Shown: positions 9,992-21,146, counted from the stretch's first letter. The stretch is 64,000 bases of DNA from Candidatus Poribacteria bacterium (GCA_965205025.1 CBDBFU010000002.1:356089-420088), one strand, 5' to 3'. Notes: a model not told the origin generated them from the letters alone. Translations and numbers: made by a program.

Positions 9992-12919
9992 ATGAAGAAC
10001 AACGATGATGCTCTCATCCAAGATGTTCTTGATGGTGATGATACGGCGTTTGCCACGCTTGTAAAAAAACACCACAAATCTGTTCACGCCCTTGTGTGGC
10101 GGAAAATCGGTGATTTTCATATCGCTGAGGAAATTACACAGGATACATTCTTGAAAGCGTATCAGAGACTTTCAACGCTAAAAGAACCACAGCGTTTCTT
10201 GAGTTGGCTCTATGTTATAGCAACAAACCGTTGTAAGGCATGGCATCGTAAGAAGCGTCTGTGGACACAACCGTTGGATAAAGCAAGTAATTCAGAGTTA
10301 GAAAAATCAGCTTATTCCAATTATGTCATCGAACAAAATAAACGAAAATTAGCTGAAACACAACAGGAAGTCGTCAAGAAACTGCTTGCCAAATTACCTG
10401 AGAGTGACCGGACAGTCATCACACTCTACTACCTCGCGGAAATGTCCTATGAAGAGATTAGTAATTTTTTAGGTGTATCGGAAGCCGCTATTAGAAATCG
10501 TCTTTACCGAGCACGACGCCGTCTAAAAAAGGAGGAAACAATGATTAGAGAAGCACTCGAACATTTCCAACTTTCACCGAACTTAACCGATAATATAATG
10601 CGAGAAGTTTCACGTCTCAAACCTGCTGCCCCTTCTACCAGCAAACCTATAATCCCGTGGGTGATAGGTGCTACAAGCGCAGTATTGATTGCACTGATGT
10701 TTGGTATAGGGGGGCAGTTCTTAGCACATTTCCAAAAGCCGTATAGTTTAGACGCACAATCTGAAACTTCAGTTGAAATTGTTAATGCACAAGTTGTTCA
10801 AAACTTTGAGGTAAAATCAGACAACCGAAATCAGTCTGGAAATAGAACAGATTTAGGTGGTAGAAATGATGGCAATGATGAGAATACCAAACAGGTTATA
10901 GGTAATGGTGATGGTGATTATACCCGATGGAATCTACCGGAAAGGGCGAAAGCACGTCTCAGCAAAGGACGCATAAATGGAATAAACTTTTCACCAGACG
11001 GAACTCAAATTGCAGTAGGTAGTGCTACTGGTGTTTGGATCTATGATGTTCGCACAGGTGCTGAACTTGCCCTGCTTACTGACCATACATCACGTACAGG
11101 GGAAGTAGTATTCTCTCCAGATGGTAAAACATTGGCAACGGGATTGAATAGTAAAATCTTACTGTGGAATACAGCAACAGGAAAACTTTTAAAGACTTTT
11201 AAAATAATAGAGGATGGGGTGGTAAAAGCACTAAGATTTATTGACGACGGCAAAACCCTTCGCTGTGACTATTACGACGGTTCAGTTCGCTTATGGGATA
11301 TTACCACTGGCGTAAAAAAGGATTTCCGTCCTGCACCCCCACGTGGATTAAAAGGAATACCGAGACACATTATGGGGCAGGAAGTTACAGCCGCAGACTT
11401 ATACCTTAACAATGTTGACAACAAAGGCATTTTTGCGGTCGGGGAAATAGATGGTAAAATTCGGTTGGATGATGCTATGACCGGACAACACCTAAAAACT
11501 CTTCAAGACCACAAAAACCGTATTTCAAAGTTGTTATTTTCACCTGATGGCACTCTTCTTGTTTCTAATGCCTATAATCAGGCTCCACTCCGTTTATGGG
11601 ATGTAACCACCGGAAAATTGCTAAAAACGCTAACTAAAGATCTGGATATTCATAGGCAGATCCTGAATTTCTCTAAAGATGGGAAAACCTTGGCTTGTTC
11701 GGCGTGGATGAGGAAGACAGGGGATCGAAAAATTGAGTTATGGGATGTTGCAACTAAAACACTTCGTACCACTCTTTTCACAAAGTTAGACTCTAATATT
11801 CATCATCTGGCATTTTCACTTGATTCTAAGACGGTTGCAACGGTGAACTGGAACGATGAAATCCAAGTATGGGATGTTAACACCGGTAAAGAATTGTCTT
11901 CTTTTACAACAAACCATACGCCGGGGTCTACAACATTAGCGTTTTCATCAGATAGTACCATCTTGGCAAGCGGACAGGGCAAAACAATAAGGTTATGGGA
12001 TACGTTCAACTTTACAGAACTTTCTCACCATATAGACACTGATACTGGCATCATTACCATCGTCTTATCACCTAATGGCAGAATATTGACTGGTGTAAGT
12101 GACTTCAGGATCGAGATAAAAAGAGGGAATGATTCTGTCATCGAAACTGTACGCGGTAGATTGCATGTATGGGAAACACACACAGGGAACAAACTATCTG
12201 AAACACCAGTTGAATCTCACAAAGGAGACGGACCAGAACATCCAGAGCAGAATTTTAATTCATCTGCTTACCTTGGAATGTATAATCCATCTATTTTTTC
12301 TAAAAATGGTCACCTGCTTGCAACTGTTATAAATAAGAGAGGTGAGCACATGCTTATGACTAATCCAAATTCAGAATGGGCAAACAACCGATTTACTGTC
12401 CACTTATGGGCTGTTCCCTATGAGAAGTCTCATGCCACTCTCAAGGGACATACAAAAAAAATTAACGTATTAGCATTCACCCATAATGGAAAAATGATTG
12501 CAAGCGGAAGTGACGACGGGACAATTCGACTGTGGAATACAAGTACTGGGACACAGATGTTAAGTATCCCCTCAAGAAAAACCAATTCCTTAGCATTTTC
12601 TGAGGATGGTAAAATCCTTGCAAGCAGCAATCCTGTTAATATTCAACTGTGGGATGTTGGTACCGGCACACAACTGAAATCTCTTAAAGCAGAAAACGAT
12701 TCCGTGACCGTTTTGACATTTTCAACGGATAGCAATATTCTTGCATGTGGCAACCGAGACGGGACAATTCGACTGTGGGACCTTTCTACTGGGAACGAAT
12801 TAACAACCTTCAAAGGTCATGTTGATCGGATAAACGCCTTATCTTTTTCATCAGATGGCAAAATGCTTGCCAGTAGTAGCGTTGATGGTGCCATATTCTT
12901 ATGGAACATCTCTGCTTAA
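9992..12919 (+). CDS. ECF sigma-TM-WD40 fusion (sigma gene 3)
   Basis: Sigma2/sigma4 motifs, TM PWVIGATSAVLIALMFGIGG, WD40 repeats starting at YTRWNLPERAKARL. Confidence 0.92.
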   Translation: MKNNDDALIQDVLDGDDTAFATLVKKHHKSVHALVWRKIGDFHIAEEITQDTFLKAYQRLSTLKEPQRFLSWLYVIATNRCKAWHRKKRLWTQPLDKASNSELEKSAYSNYVIEQNKRKLAETQQEVVKKLLAKLPESDRTVITLYYLAEMSYEEISNFLGVSEAAIRNRLYRARRRLKKEETMIREALEHFQLSPNLTDNIMREVSRLKPAAPSTSKPIIPWVIGATSAVLIALMFGIGGQFLAHFQKPYSLDAQSETSVEIVNAQVVQNFEVKSDNRNQSGNRTDLGGRNDGNDENTKQVIGNGDGDYTRWNLPERAKARLSKGRINGINFSPDGTQIAVGSATGVWIYDVRTGAELALLTDHTSRTGEVVFSPDGKTLATGLNSKILLWNTATGKLLKTFKIIEDGVVKALRFIDDGKTLRCDYYDGSVRLWDITTGVKKDFRPAPPRGLKGIPRHIMGQEVTAADLYLNNVDNKGIFAVGEIDGKIRLDDAMTGQHLKTLQDHKNRISKLLFSPDGTLLVSNAYNQAPLRLWDVTTGKLLKTLTKDLDIHRQILNFSKDGKTLACSAWMRKTGDRKIELWDVATKTLRTTLFTKLDSNIHHLAFSLDSKTVATVNWNDEIQVWDVNTGKELSSFTTNHTPGSTTLAFSSDSTILASGQGKTIRLWDTFNFTELSHHIDTDTGIITIVLSPNGRILTGVSDFRIEIKRGNDSVIETVRGRLHVWETHTGNKLSETPVESHKGDGPEHPEQNFNSSAYLGMYNPSIFSKNGHLLATVINKRGEHMLMTNPNSEWANNRFTVHLWAVPYEKSHATLKGHTKKINVLAFTHNGKMIASGSDDGTIRLWNTSTGTQMLSIPSRKTNSLAFSEDGKILASSNPVNIQLWDVGTGTQLKSLKAENDSVTVLTFSTDSNILACGNRDGTIRLWDLSTGNELTTFKGHVDRINALSFSSDGKMLASSSVDGAIFLWNISA

Positions 12920-13115
12920 AGAAACTACGATCCCTGTAATATTTCTCTTTTCTGATCACGTGTTTGTTATTCTTAAGATGTATTGAAAGTGTCTACAATT
13001 GATGGCAATTTTCACAATCATAAATAGCGAAAACTATCAATCAATTATTACTTCCATTTCACTTTATTCCATATATTTCCCACCGCGGTTTCTCACCTCA
13101 AATAGACCTTACATC

Positions 13116-13143
13116 TTGACAAACCCGACTGATTTAGTAGAAT
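13116..13143 (+). promoter_or_regulatory. Possible housekeeping sigma70 promoter TTGACA-N16-TAGAAT
   Basis: Consensus -35 and near-consensus -10 in the intergenic region before gene 4. Confidence 0.35.
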
Positions 13144-13348
13144 AGTATTTCAATGTTTCCGACCAATCCTATCTAACCATTCTTACTTTTAGATAATCAT
13201 CAATATTCTGTTATTGTATTTATGGTATAATTCAACCTTCAGAAATAAATCGTACACATTTAAGACCTTCCCTTCTATCAATAATTAACCTTTTACTCGA
13301 ATGATATATTAACCTCCTTATATCAGCATGTTTTATTTTGCAGAATTA

Positions 13349-13377
13349 CGCGACCATTTTACACCTATCATGCGTCA
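13349..13377 (+). promoter_or_regulatory. ECF-type promoter CGCGAC-N18-CGTCA
   Basis: Recurrent array motif with a variant -35. Confidence 0.6.
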
Positions 13378-13425
13378 CTATAGTTTGATATGACATTAAT
13401 CAATTTATAGTTTCGGAGGTATCTG

Positions 13426-16400
13426 ATGAAAAACGACGATGTTGAACTTATCCAGATGTTTCTCGCTGGCGATGAACTCGCTTTCACTGAACTCGTAAAA
13501 AAGTATCATAAACCAGTTCACGCACTGGCTTGGCGAAAAATTGAGGATTTCCATATCGCTGAGGACATCACTCAGGATACCTTCCTAAAAGTGTATCAGA
13601 GACTCCATACCTTGAAAGATCTCAGTCATTTTTCAGGATGGCTCTATGTCATAACAACAAACTTATGTACCACATGGCTACGCAGAAATCGAAAACAGAC
13701 TGAACGATTGAAGGATGCAGAGATAACAATGACACAAAGTGATACTTACTCACAACATGTCAGAGATGATCGTGCTAACAGTGTAACGCAGGAACAACGA
13801 GAAGTTGTTAAGAAACTCCTCGCGAAGCTGAAAGAGAGTGAACGCACTGTGATGACACTCCACTACCTTGGAGAGATGAAGATTGAGGAAATCAGCAAAT
13901 TCTTAGGAGTATCCGTAAGCACAATCAAAACCCGTCTCATGCGTGCAAGACAACGTCTAAAAAAGGAGGAAACAATGATTAGAGAAGCACTCGAACATTT
14001 CCAAATATCACCAAACCTGACCAATAATATTATGCAAGAGGTGATGCGTTTAAAACCTACACCTTCTGGAAACAAACCCGTAATCCCATGGGCAATTACT
14101 GCAACAAGTATTGTTTTAATTGCGTTGATGTTAGGAATCGGCAACCAGTACTTAGCATACTTCCAACAACCTTATAGTTTAGAAGCACAAACTGAGATGG
14201 CAGTTGAACTTCTTGACACTCCCATTGTTCGATTACTTGAGACGGAACCGAATGTGCATCGACAGTTTGGCAATGCGAATGCGGAAGGTAAGAACGACAC
14301 CCCAAGCCAAACCCCTGATGATCTCTTATTGGCTGCTGCAGATATAGAAGGAGAAGACACTCCAACGACTAAACAACAATGGATTCAGGGAAACGCACCT
14401 GAATATCAATATGGTACATCAGTAAGATCTCTATATCCTACCCCTGAAGGAGATATCTATATTTTTGCAAACGATCGTATAATCGCTAAATTACCAGCAA
14501 ATGGAACTGAATGGGAAGTTGTCAGTGATGTTAGTACACTGCACGATTATAGAAATCGGGATGATGAAATCCCTATCACCACTTTAAACGATACACTCTA
14601 TATTGTCCTATCTGATGAACTCTTTTCATCTACAGATAAAGGTAAGACATGGCAGTCAGTCAGCAAATGTCCTCAAGGAAACATACTCGATTTGGTGGTA
14701 ATAGACAATGTGTTTTATCTCGCCATGCAACATCAGATATTTCGTTCTACAGACATTGGAAAAACATGGGTAGCAGTGGAAGATGGCTTGCCAGCGGACA
14801 TACGTGCAGTTAAGGTTATTCAAAATACGCTTTTTGTTTCCACACCCATTGATTGGGGGCAGGCACTGTATCGGCTTAATGGTGATAGTTGGGAACGCCT
14901 GCAGTTTCCAAATGCTGAAATCCATAGTGTCCCTTCCTTTGGGGGAACTAAAGACGTTCTCTATGTAATTGCATCATTAAATGTAAGGAAAATTGATGGA
15001 CGGAAGCAGGGGTGGTGGATTTTCCGCTCAGCTGACAAAGGAGATTCATGGACAGATGTAACACCCAAATACGCATGGAACATAAATGATGATCCACCTT
15101 CTGTAACATTTGCCTCAGCAGGAAATACAGTTTTGGTAATTGGTGCAAATGATGGTGCTGTCGTTCGTTCAATTGATAGGGGAAATTCATGGACACTGAA
15201 GGAAATCACCGGTATACCTGTAAAGTCTTACGGTATTATCGATACATTTTCACTTGACGAAAACACATTTTATTCACTTGGCAATTCTGGCTTCTTACGT
15301 TCTCTTGATGGTGGTCAATCGTGGAATAGAGTTGAAATTAGCCAAGAAAGTCGAATAGACCAACTCATCTGGATTAAACCTGACAAAAAGCAGAACACAT
15401 CAGGAGACCTATACTGTAAGATAGTGAATGAGATATTTAAATCCAGTGATGCGGGAAAATCTTGGCAGATAGTTAATCCAAAGATCAATATTAGAGAATA
15501 TAATATAGACGGACCTCCAGTTTTTACTCGAATCAATAGTTCCGGTGATATTCTCTATGCAAAATATGGTGGATATTCGCTATCCAGTCTAAATACAGGT
15601 ATATACCGTATATCGGATGATGGGGACACATTTGTACCCATACAAGGCATGCCTATTTTCGATTCACGAAGATTACAATCTCTGATGTCTGCAGTATTAA
15701 ATGGTAATTTGGATTTATCAGAGAAAACCTTTGAAGAACAATTAAAAGAAGAATTCCTCGGTGCGGATCAGTTCTTTAAGACGTTGGGGAATTGGGATAC
15801 CGATGAACAAGAAGGAATTACTGAGAGAAAACTATATTCAGAATATATTGAACTAATAAGTCAAGGGGTACGCGGTATGTTTGCCGTCAGCGGCAACACC
15901 TTCTACATGGAATACAACTATAAACTCTTTCGATGGAAGCCGGGTGAATCAGAATGGTATGATACCGGTGTAGAAGAGACAGGTGAACTTAACAGAAGAA
16001 AATTTGTAAAATCATTAGAACTTAAGGGTTTGTCACAGGAAATGATATACGATATCATCAGGGCATCGGCAGATTTTAAACTTGCTGTTTCAGGGAACAC
16101 CATCTACGTCGGAAAACGAGATGGACAACTTGTCGCATCGTTTGACGAAGGGAATAATTGGATCGATTTCACGCCGGCTCTACCATTTCCTGTCACCTAT
16201 TTTAAAGAGATTCTATTTGCTGGACCTACGGTGTATGTAGCAACAGATGCAGGTGTTGCAGCGACAGAAAATGGCAAAAGTTGGTATCCTCTCTCCGATG
16301 CATCAGGAACACCTGTCAACATTGATAAACTTGCTGTTGATGGAAACACTCTTTACGGGTATAGCAAAAAAACAGGTATTTATCGCGTGGAAAACGGAAA

Positions 16401-16521
16401 TTGGGTGCAGATTTCCTCAGAGACACTACCTTATGTGAATTCTTTGGCTGTGTATGGGAACACACTATATGTGGGTTCGATGGAACAAGGCATGCATTTA
16501 TACAAACTTGAAGATAACTAA
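13426..16521 (+). CDS. ECF sigma-TM-BNR/Asp-box propeller fusion (sigma gene 4)
   Basis: Sigma motifs, TM PWAITATSIVLIALMLGIG, repeated S.D.G.(T/S)W Asp-box motifs. Confidence 0.9.
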   Translation: MKNDDVELIQMFLAGDELAFTELVKKYHKPVHALAWRKIEDFHIAEDITQDTFLKVYQRLHTLKDLSHFSGWLYVITTNLCTTWLRRNRKQTERLKDAEITMTQSDTYSQHVRDDRANSVTQEQREVVKKLLAKLKESERTVMTLHYLGEMKIEEISKFLGVSVSTIKTRLMRARQRLKKEETMIREALEHFQISPNLTNNIMQEVMRLKPTPSGNKPVIPWAITATSIVLIALMLGIGNQYLAYFQQPYSLEAQTEMAVELLDTPIVRLLETEPNVHRQFGNANAEGKNDTPSQTPDDLLLAAADIEGEDTPTTKQQWIQGNAPEYQYGTSVRSLYPTPEGDIYIFANDRIIAKLPANGTEWEVVSDVSTLHDYRNRDDEIPITTLNDTLYIVLSDELFSSTDKGKTWQSVSKCPQGNILDLVVIDNVFYLAMQHQIFRSTDIGKTWVAVEDGLPADIRAVKVIQNTLFVSTPIDWGQALYRLNGDSWERLQFPNAEIHSVPSFGGTKDVLYVIASLNVRKIDGRKQGWWIFRSADKGDSWTDVTPKYAWNINDDPPSVTFASAGNTVLVIGANDGAVVRSIDRGNSWTLKEITGIPVKSYGIIDTFSLDENTFYSLGNSGFLRSLDGGQSWNRVEISQESRIDQLIWIKPDKKQNTSGDLYCKIVNEIFKSSDAGKSWQIVNPKINIREYNIDGPPVFTRINSSGDILYAKYGGYSLSSLNTGIYRISDDGDTFVPIQGMPIFDSRRLQSLMSAVLNGNLDLSEKTFEEQLKEEFLGADQFFKTLGNWDTDEQEGITERKLYSEYIELISQGVRGMFAVSGNTFYMEYNYKLFRWKPGESEWYDTGVEETGELNRRKFVKSLELKGLSQEMIYDIIRASADFKLAVSGNTIYVGKRDGQLVASFDEGNNWIDFTPALPFPVTYFKEILFAGPTVYVATDAGVAATENGKSWYPLSDASGTPVNIDKLAVDGNTLYGYSKKTGIYRVENGNWVQISSETLPYVNSLAVYGNTLYVGSMEQGMHLYKLEDN

Positions 16522-16555
16522 TACCATATATTTCAATTCCTAAAGGAGAATAAAA

Positions 16556-17269
16556 ATGCGAAAGATCGTCGTTACAGGTATCATCTTTATTCTGATAATG
16601 ATTGTTTGGATCGGTTATTTGAAATATGACACAAAGAATTTCATTGAAGAATTGTCTCATGAACCACTAAAACAAGTCGACAAAGATGCAAAGAACACAA
16701 CAGAAACTACCAAGGACACCGTTACTAAAACCGAACAAACGGGTTTTGAAAACCCACTGTCGTCTTTACCAGAGGAAAAAACGGAAATTATCCAAGAAAA
16801 TAATCATTCCGACACCAACACAGAAAATAAAGACAACGTTTTGCAATCTGTACAGACCCCTGAAGAAACTGGAATCTCTCCTGAACTAAAGAAAGTCTTC
16901 TCAGAATACCATAATCTCTATCGGAAATCGGAAGAGTTAAGCCTTGTGCTTGCTCCCCTTATTACACGTTCTGTTGAACTATCGCTCCGTCTCACGACGA
17001 TTGGACAAGATCTCTCCGCAGCCAAAGATCAAGAAACAAGACGTAAAATAAGATCGGAATGGAATGAAATTGACAAATGGATTGAAGAGAACAAACCAGA
17101 CATTATCAAACTTCAAAACGAAGCCACACAATTGTCTAATGAACGGTTACGTATCATCAACGCATACGGTTTTGCGACCGAAACAGATTTTTTGAAGGTT
17201 CATCGGAAAGATTATGAAACTTGGGTATCTGACGAAGGGCTAAGTCAGTTATCTATTTTCAGAAGGTAA
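16556..17269 (+). CDS. Hypothetical N-terminally membrane-anchored helical protein (copy 1)
   Basis: SD AAGGAG; hydrophobic N-terminus; low-complexity linker then helical region; near-identical paralog at 32299-33012. Confidence 0.8.
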   Translation: MRKIVVTGIIFILIMIVWIGYLKYDTKNFIEELSHEPLKQVDKDAKNTTETTKDTVTKTEQTGFENPLSSLPEEKTEIIQENNHSDTNTENKDNVLQSVQTPEETGISPELKKVFSEYHNLYRKSEELSLVLAPLITRSVELSLRLTTIGQDLSAAKDQETRRKIRSEWNEIDKWIEENKPDIIKLQNEATQLSNERLRIINAYGFATETDFLKVHRKDYETWVSDEGLSQLSIFRR

Positions 17270-17274
17270 TTTAC

Positions 17275-17296
17275 GGGCGGGGAAACCCCACCCTAC
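17275..17296 (-). repeat. GTAG-type REP palindrome
   Basis: Minus strand reads GTAGGGTGGGGTTTCCCCGCCC. Confidence 0.55.
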
Positions 17297-17329
17297 GATA
17301 ATTTTATGGACTGGATCACCGAAATATTT

Positions 17330-17512
17330 ACTTAATCCTCATACGGTGTAGACAATAACCCTCTCTTTGTGCCACAAACTTCCAGTTTGTGTAGTATTTC
17401 AAGAAATAAATATCACCTTATCATGGGAGAATCATTTATAGAAATGGTATTACTTAATCCTCATACGGTGTAGACAATAACCCCCTCTTTGTACCACAAA
17501 CTTTTAGTTTGT
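17330..17512. repeat. About 60-bp direct repeat of a MITE-B end plus hairpin, flanking half of a family A element
   Basis: ACTTAATCCTCATACGGTGTAGACAATAACC..TCTTTGT.CCACAAACTT..AGTTTGTG at 17330-17390 and 17452-17512. Confidence 0.7.
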
Positions 17513-17580
17513 GATCTTACTCCCTATCCTCCCCAATCACCCATCTCACTTTTCAACTGCTAAACCCAACCAAATTGCAA

Positions 17581-17777
17581 GGTTATTTAGTTTTCGTATT
17601 TTCTGCTATATTTTTCACATTTCTATATAAACTACCTGTAGGTTGGGTTGAGGAACGAAACCCAACAGGTAAAGCTGTCCATCAGGGAATGTTGAGTTTC
17701 ACCTACGGTTCAACCCAACCTACGAAATAAACTATTAGTAACACTAATCAACTGATAATTCTTTAAACTAAATAACC
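17581..17777. repeat. REPIN-like inverted GTAG-REP pair (17638-17723) inside a 13-bp inverted-repeat shell
   Basis: GTAGGTTGGGTTGA...TCAACCCAACCTAC; outer GGTTATTTAGTTT / AAACTAAATAACC. Confidence 0.65.
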
Positions 17778-17945
17778 CAACCAAAATACGTAAGTCTGTA
17801 TATGTTGATAAATTGATGATATAATTCTATTCAAGGAATCAATCATACAGACTCTGTTCGTACCTTCTCGTTATCTGTAAAATTCATAATCCGTATAATC
17901 AGATAGTGTCCTCCTATATGTAAACCTGTTCCATTTTCAAATTTA

Positions 17946-17974
17946 TGCACCAGTTTACCCTCAAATTTGCGTCA
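17946..17974 (+). promoter_or_regulatory. ECF-type promoter TGCACC-N18-CGTCA
   Basis: Recurrent array motif. Confidence 0.65.
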
Positions 17975-17998
17975 CTATAGGGTAATCTGAGGATATTC

Positions 17999-20900
17999 AT
18001 GAAAACCACTGATATTGATCTCATCCACCGCATTCTTGATGGCGATGATACTGCTTTCACAGAACTTGTGGAGAAATACCAAAAACCAGTTCATGCACTT
18101 GTGTGGCGTAAGATTGGGGATTTCCATATTGCCGAGGAAATTACCCAGGATACATTTCTAAAGGTTTATCAGGAATTGAAGACACTGAAGAAACCACACA
18201 GTTTTGCAAGTTGGCTTTATGTAATTGCTGCAAACAACTGCAGTACGTGGCTACGTAATAAGCGTCAAATGCCAGAGTCGTTTGAGGATACAAACACCAC
18301 ACAATTGGAAAAACCAACCTATTCGAGGTATGTCATCTCGGAAAAAGAACGAATAGCAATAGAATCGCAGCGTGAAGTCGTGGAAAAATTGCTTGCAAAA
18401 CTTCAGGAAAGTGAACGTACAGTCATCACACTACACTATTTTGGTGAGATGTCAAGTGCGGAAATCGGAGCGTTCTTAGGTGTATCTGCAAATACGGTAA
18501 GAAGTCGTCTCCGACGCGCACAACAACGCCTAAAAAAGGAGGAAACAATGATTAGAGAAGCACTCGAACATTTTCAAATATCACCTAACTTGACTGATAA
18601 TATCATAAAGAAAATTTCTCGAACAAAACAGGTCATACCGACATCTGGAAAACCAGTTATCCCATGGGCAATAGGGGCATCAAGTATTGTTTTTATTGTG
18701 TTACTATTGGGATTCGGAAGCCAATACTTAGCACGTTTTCAGATACCCTATAGCCTGGATGCACAGACTGAAATGACGGTTGAACTTGTTGACGCTCCCG
18801 TTGTGCTAAATCTTGAGACGAGGTCAGATGCACGTCGTCAGTTTGGAAATCCAAATGCACTTGGTACAAGTGAAAATAACGGTCAGAAACCAGATGAGGT
18901 TTTATTAGCTGCTGCAGAGCCAGAAGGAGAAACCGTTTCTGTTCCCAAACAGCAGTGGATTCAGTCTGAAGCCATCAAAGGAAGTCGTGCTACAAGTTTG
19001 CACGCGACACCTGAAGGAGATCTCTACGTTTATGATTTTGATTTTCATAATAATATCTATAAATTACCTGCTAATGGAACAATGTGGCAATCTATCTCAG
19101 AAAATATCCGTTTGGATACTGTTTGGAGCATATCTCCAGCTATTACAAAATGGAATGATACACTCTATTTTATGCCAACGAACAAACTCTTTGCTTCAAA
19201 AGATGAAGGTAAAACCTGGAATTTACTTCATTCGTGGCAAGAGGGACATGGAGCAATCGAATTTGTACAAATGGAACAGGTTCTTTACGTTGCGTTTGAA
19301 AATGGAATCTTTAAATCAGAAGATGCTGGCAAGTCTTGGAATGCAATACACGATGAGAAAATCGAGTATATTGATTCACTGATCAATATCCAAAACACTT
19401 TATTTGTCCAAGCTTATAATAAACTCTACCGTTTGGAGGATGATAAATGGCAACTTCTTGAATTTCCAGTACCCGTCAGGAGGATTTTGTCAGTTGCAGT
19501 TTCTGAAGATAAGCTTTATGTTGCGGTATTCTTCAATTGGGAGGAAGCGAATGTAGATAGAGAAAAAATGGAACAGGGACTGGTACGTGGTTGGTGGATA
19601 TACCGTTCAACGGACCTTGGCAACTCATGGCAAGATATAACACCGACAAACGCTTGGAACATAAAAGGATGGCCTCCCTATCCCAAAATGATTGCTACTG
19701 GTGAAACACTACTCGTAATGGAACGGGGTATGGTGCGTTCTACCGATGGCGGGGCCACATGGATGCCACCACAACCACCGGACACCTCTCCGTTTATGCG
19801 GGATGATAATAATGCTGTAGCATTAAATGAAAACACCTTTTATGTCAGTAGCGATGACGGTCTCTATCGTTCCACTGATGGCGGCAGTTCGTGGGAAATG
19901 GTAAAAGTTCCTCTGGATAAGACGAGGAGGATATTTTACAACCTAATCACTTCAGAAGGGAGCAAAAAAGGACAGAACAAACAAAATACTCTCTATGGGA
20001 TAGTTGAAGTTTGGAAAATAACAAAAACTACTGACAATGGCAAGACTTGGAAGGACGTTAAAGTTGATCTGCCTATGACAAAACAACTTACAGAACCCAT
20101 ACCACATTTTATCCAAATTGTTCCTTCCGGAAATGCAGTCTATGCCAAAGGTGGATCTGTTGGCGGAGGGAAAATGCGCCACTACAAAGTATCTAAAGAT
20201 GGATATACATTGGTACCTATTCAAGACATGCCTGCCTTCAACTCGATTGAATTAAGAATGCATCTACATCAAGTACAAGACCTTTCTATTGAAGCGCTAC
20301 AAGACAGTTTTTCAGGGGCGACTCAATTCTTCAAACAGATGCTCCAGCTACCTCCACAACTTCGGACAAAACTTGAAGAACTTGGATTACTTGGGCCTTT
20401 TGCAGTCAGTGGTGATACATTCTATTCGGAATATAACTTTAAGCTCTTCAGATGGGAACCCAGTAATACTGAATGGTACGACACTGGACAGGAAGAAACT
20501 ACTGAATTGTCCTTGGACATATTTAAACCCCACTTCATCATTCCCAAACTTGCAGTATTAGGCGACACTGTCTACTACGGAAAGCGGGACGGCAGCCTTG
20601 TCGTATCGTTTGATAGGGGAGACAATTGGATTGACCTCACACCGGGACTACCGTTTAAGGTGAAAACTTTCAAAGGGATCGTATTTGCTGGTACTACAGT
20701 GTACGTAGCGACGAACGCAGGCATCATTACATCAGATGATGGAAAAGCTTGGAAAGTCGTCACTGACTCTGATGGAACCAATGTTATCATGGAGCATTTG
20801 GCAGCCGACGGTACAACGCTATATGGCATCACCAAGAAAACAGCAGTATATCGTTTGGAAAGTGATAGTGACACTTGGAAACTACTTGATTCAGAGATAC

Positions 20901-21016
20901 CTGCCATCCTATATTACGAGGGAGGGGATATCGTAACTTCTCTCGCTGCAGCTGATAACACGCTATACATAGGTAGTGAAAGAAGCGGTATGCTTCATTT
21001 CACTATTGAAAAATAA
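17999..21016 (+). CDS. ECF sigma-TM-BNR/Asp-box propeller fusion (sigma gene 5)
   Basis: Sigma motifs (NTVRSRLRRA), TM PWAIGASSIVFIVLLLGFG, STDGG..W repeats. Confidence 0.9.
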   Translation: MKTTDIDLIHRILDGDDTAFTELVEKYQKPVHALVWRKIGDFHIAEEITQDTFLKVYQELKTLKKPHSFASWLYVIAANNCSTWLRNKRQMPESFEDTNTTQLEKPTYSRYVISEKERIAIESQREVVEKLLAKLQESERTVITLHYFGEMSSAEIGAFLGVSANTVRSRLRRAQQRLKKEETMIREALEHFQISPNLTDNIIKKISRTKQVIPTSGKPVIPWAIGASSIVFIVLLLGFGSQYLARFQIPYSLDAQTEMTVELVDAPVVLNLETRSDARRQFGNPNALGTSENNGQKPDEVLLAAAEPEGETVSVPKQQWIQSEAIKGSRATSLHATPEGDLYVYDFDFHNNIYKLPANGTMWQSISENIRLDTVWSISPAITKWNDTLYFMPTNKLFASKDEGKTWNLLHSWQEGHGAIEFVQMEQVLYVAFENGIFKSEDAGKSWNAIHDEKIEYIDSLINIQNTLFVQAYNKLYRLEDDKWQLLEFPVPVRRILSVAVSEDKLYVAVFFNWEEANVDREKMEQGLVRGWWIYRSTDLGNSWQDITPTNAWNIKGWPPYPKMIATGETLLVMERGMVRSTDGGATWMPPQPPDTSPFMRDDNNAVALNENTFYVSSDDGLYRSTDGGSSWEMVKVPLDKTRRIFYNLITSEGSKKGQNKQNTLYGIVEVWKITKTTDNGKTWKDVKVDLPMTKQLTEPIPHFIQIVPSGNAVYAKGGSVGGGKMRHYKVSKDGYTLVPIQDMPAFNSIELRMHLHQVQDLSIEALQDSFSGATQFFKQMLQLPPQLRTKLEELGLLGPFAVSGDTFYSEYNFKLFRWEPSNTEWYDTGQEETTELSLDIFKPHFIIPKLAVLGDTVYYGKRDGSLVVSFDRGDNWIDLTPGLPFKVKTFKGIVFAGTTVYVATNAGIITSDDGKAWKVVTDSDGTNVIMEHLAADGTTLYGITKKTAVYRLESDSDTWKLLDSEIPAILYYEGGDIVTSLAAADNTLYIGSERSGMLHFTIEK

Positions 21017-21117
21017 TGTAGTAAAGTCTATAATGCTATAAACACTATTGACAGCACGTTTATTGCGGATAGTATACATATTTTTAGATTTGACAATAAA
21101 ATCAGGGCATTTTGTCT

Positions 21118-21146
21118 GGGCGGTGCTAAATACCGCCCTTTTCTTC
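21118..21146 (+). terminator. Rho-independent terminator
   Basis: GGGCGGT-gctaaat-ACCGCCC followed by TTTTCTTC, about 100 bp after the stop of gene 5. Confidence 0.7.
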
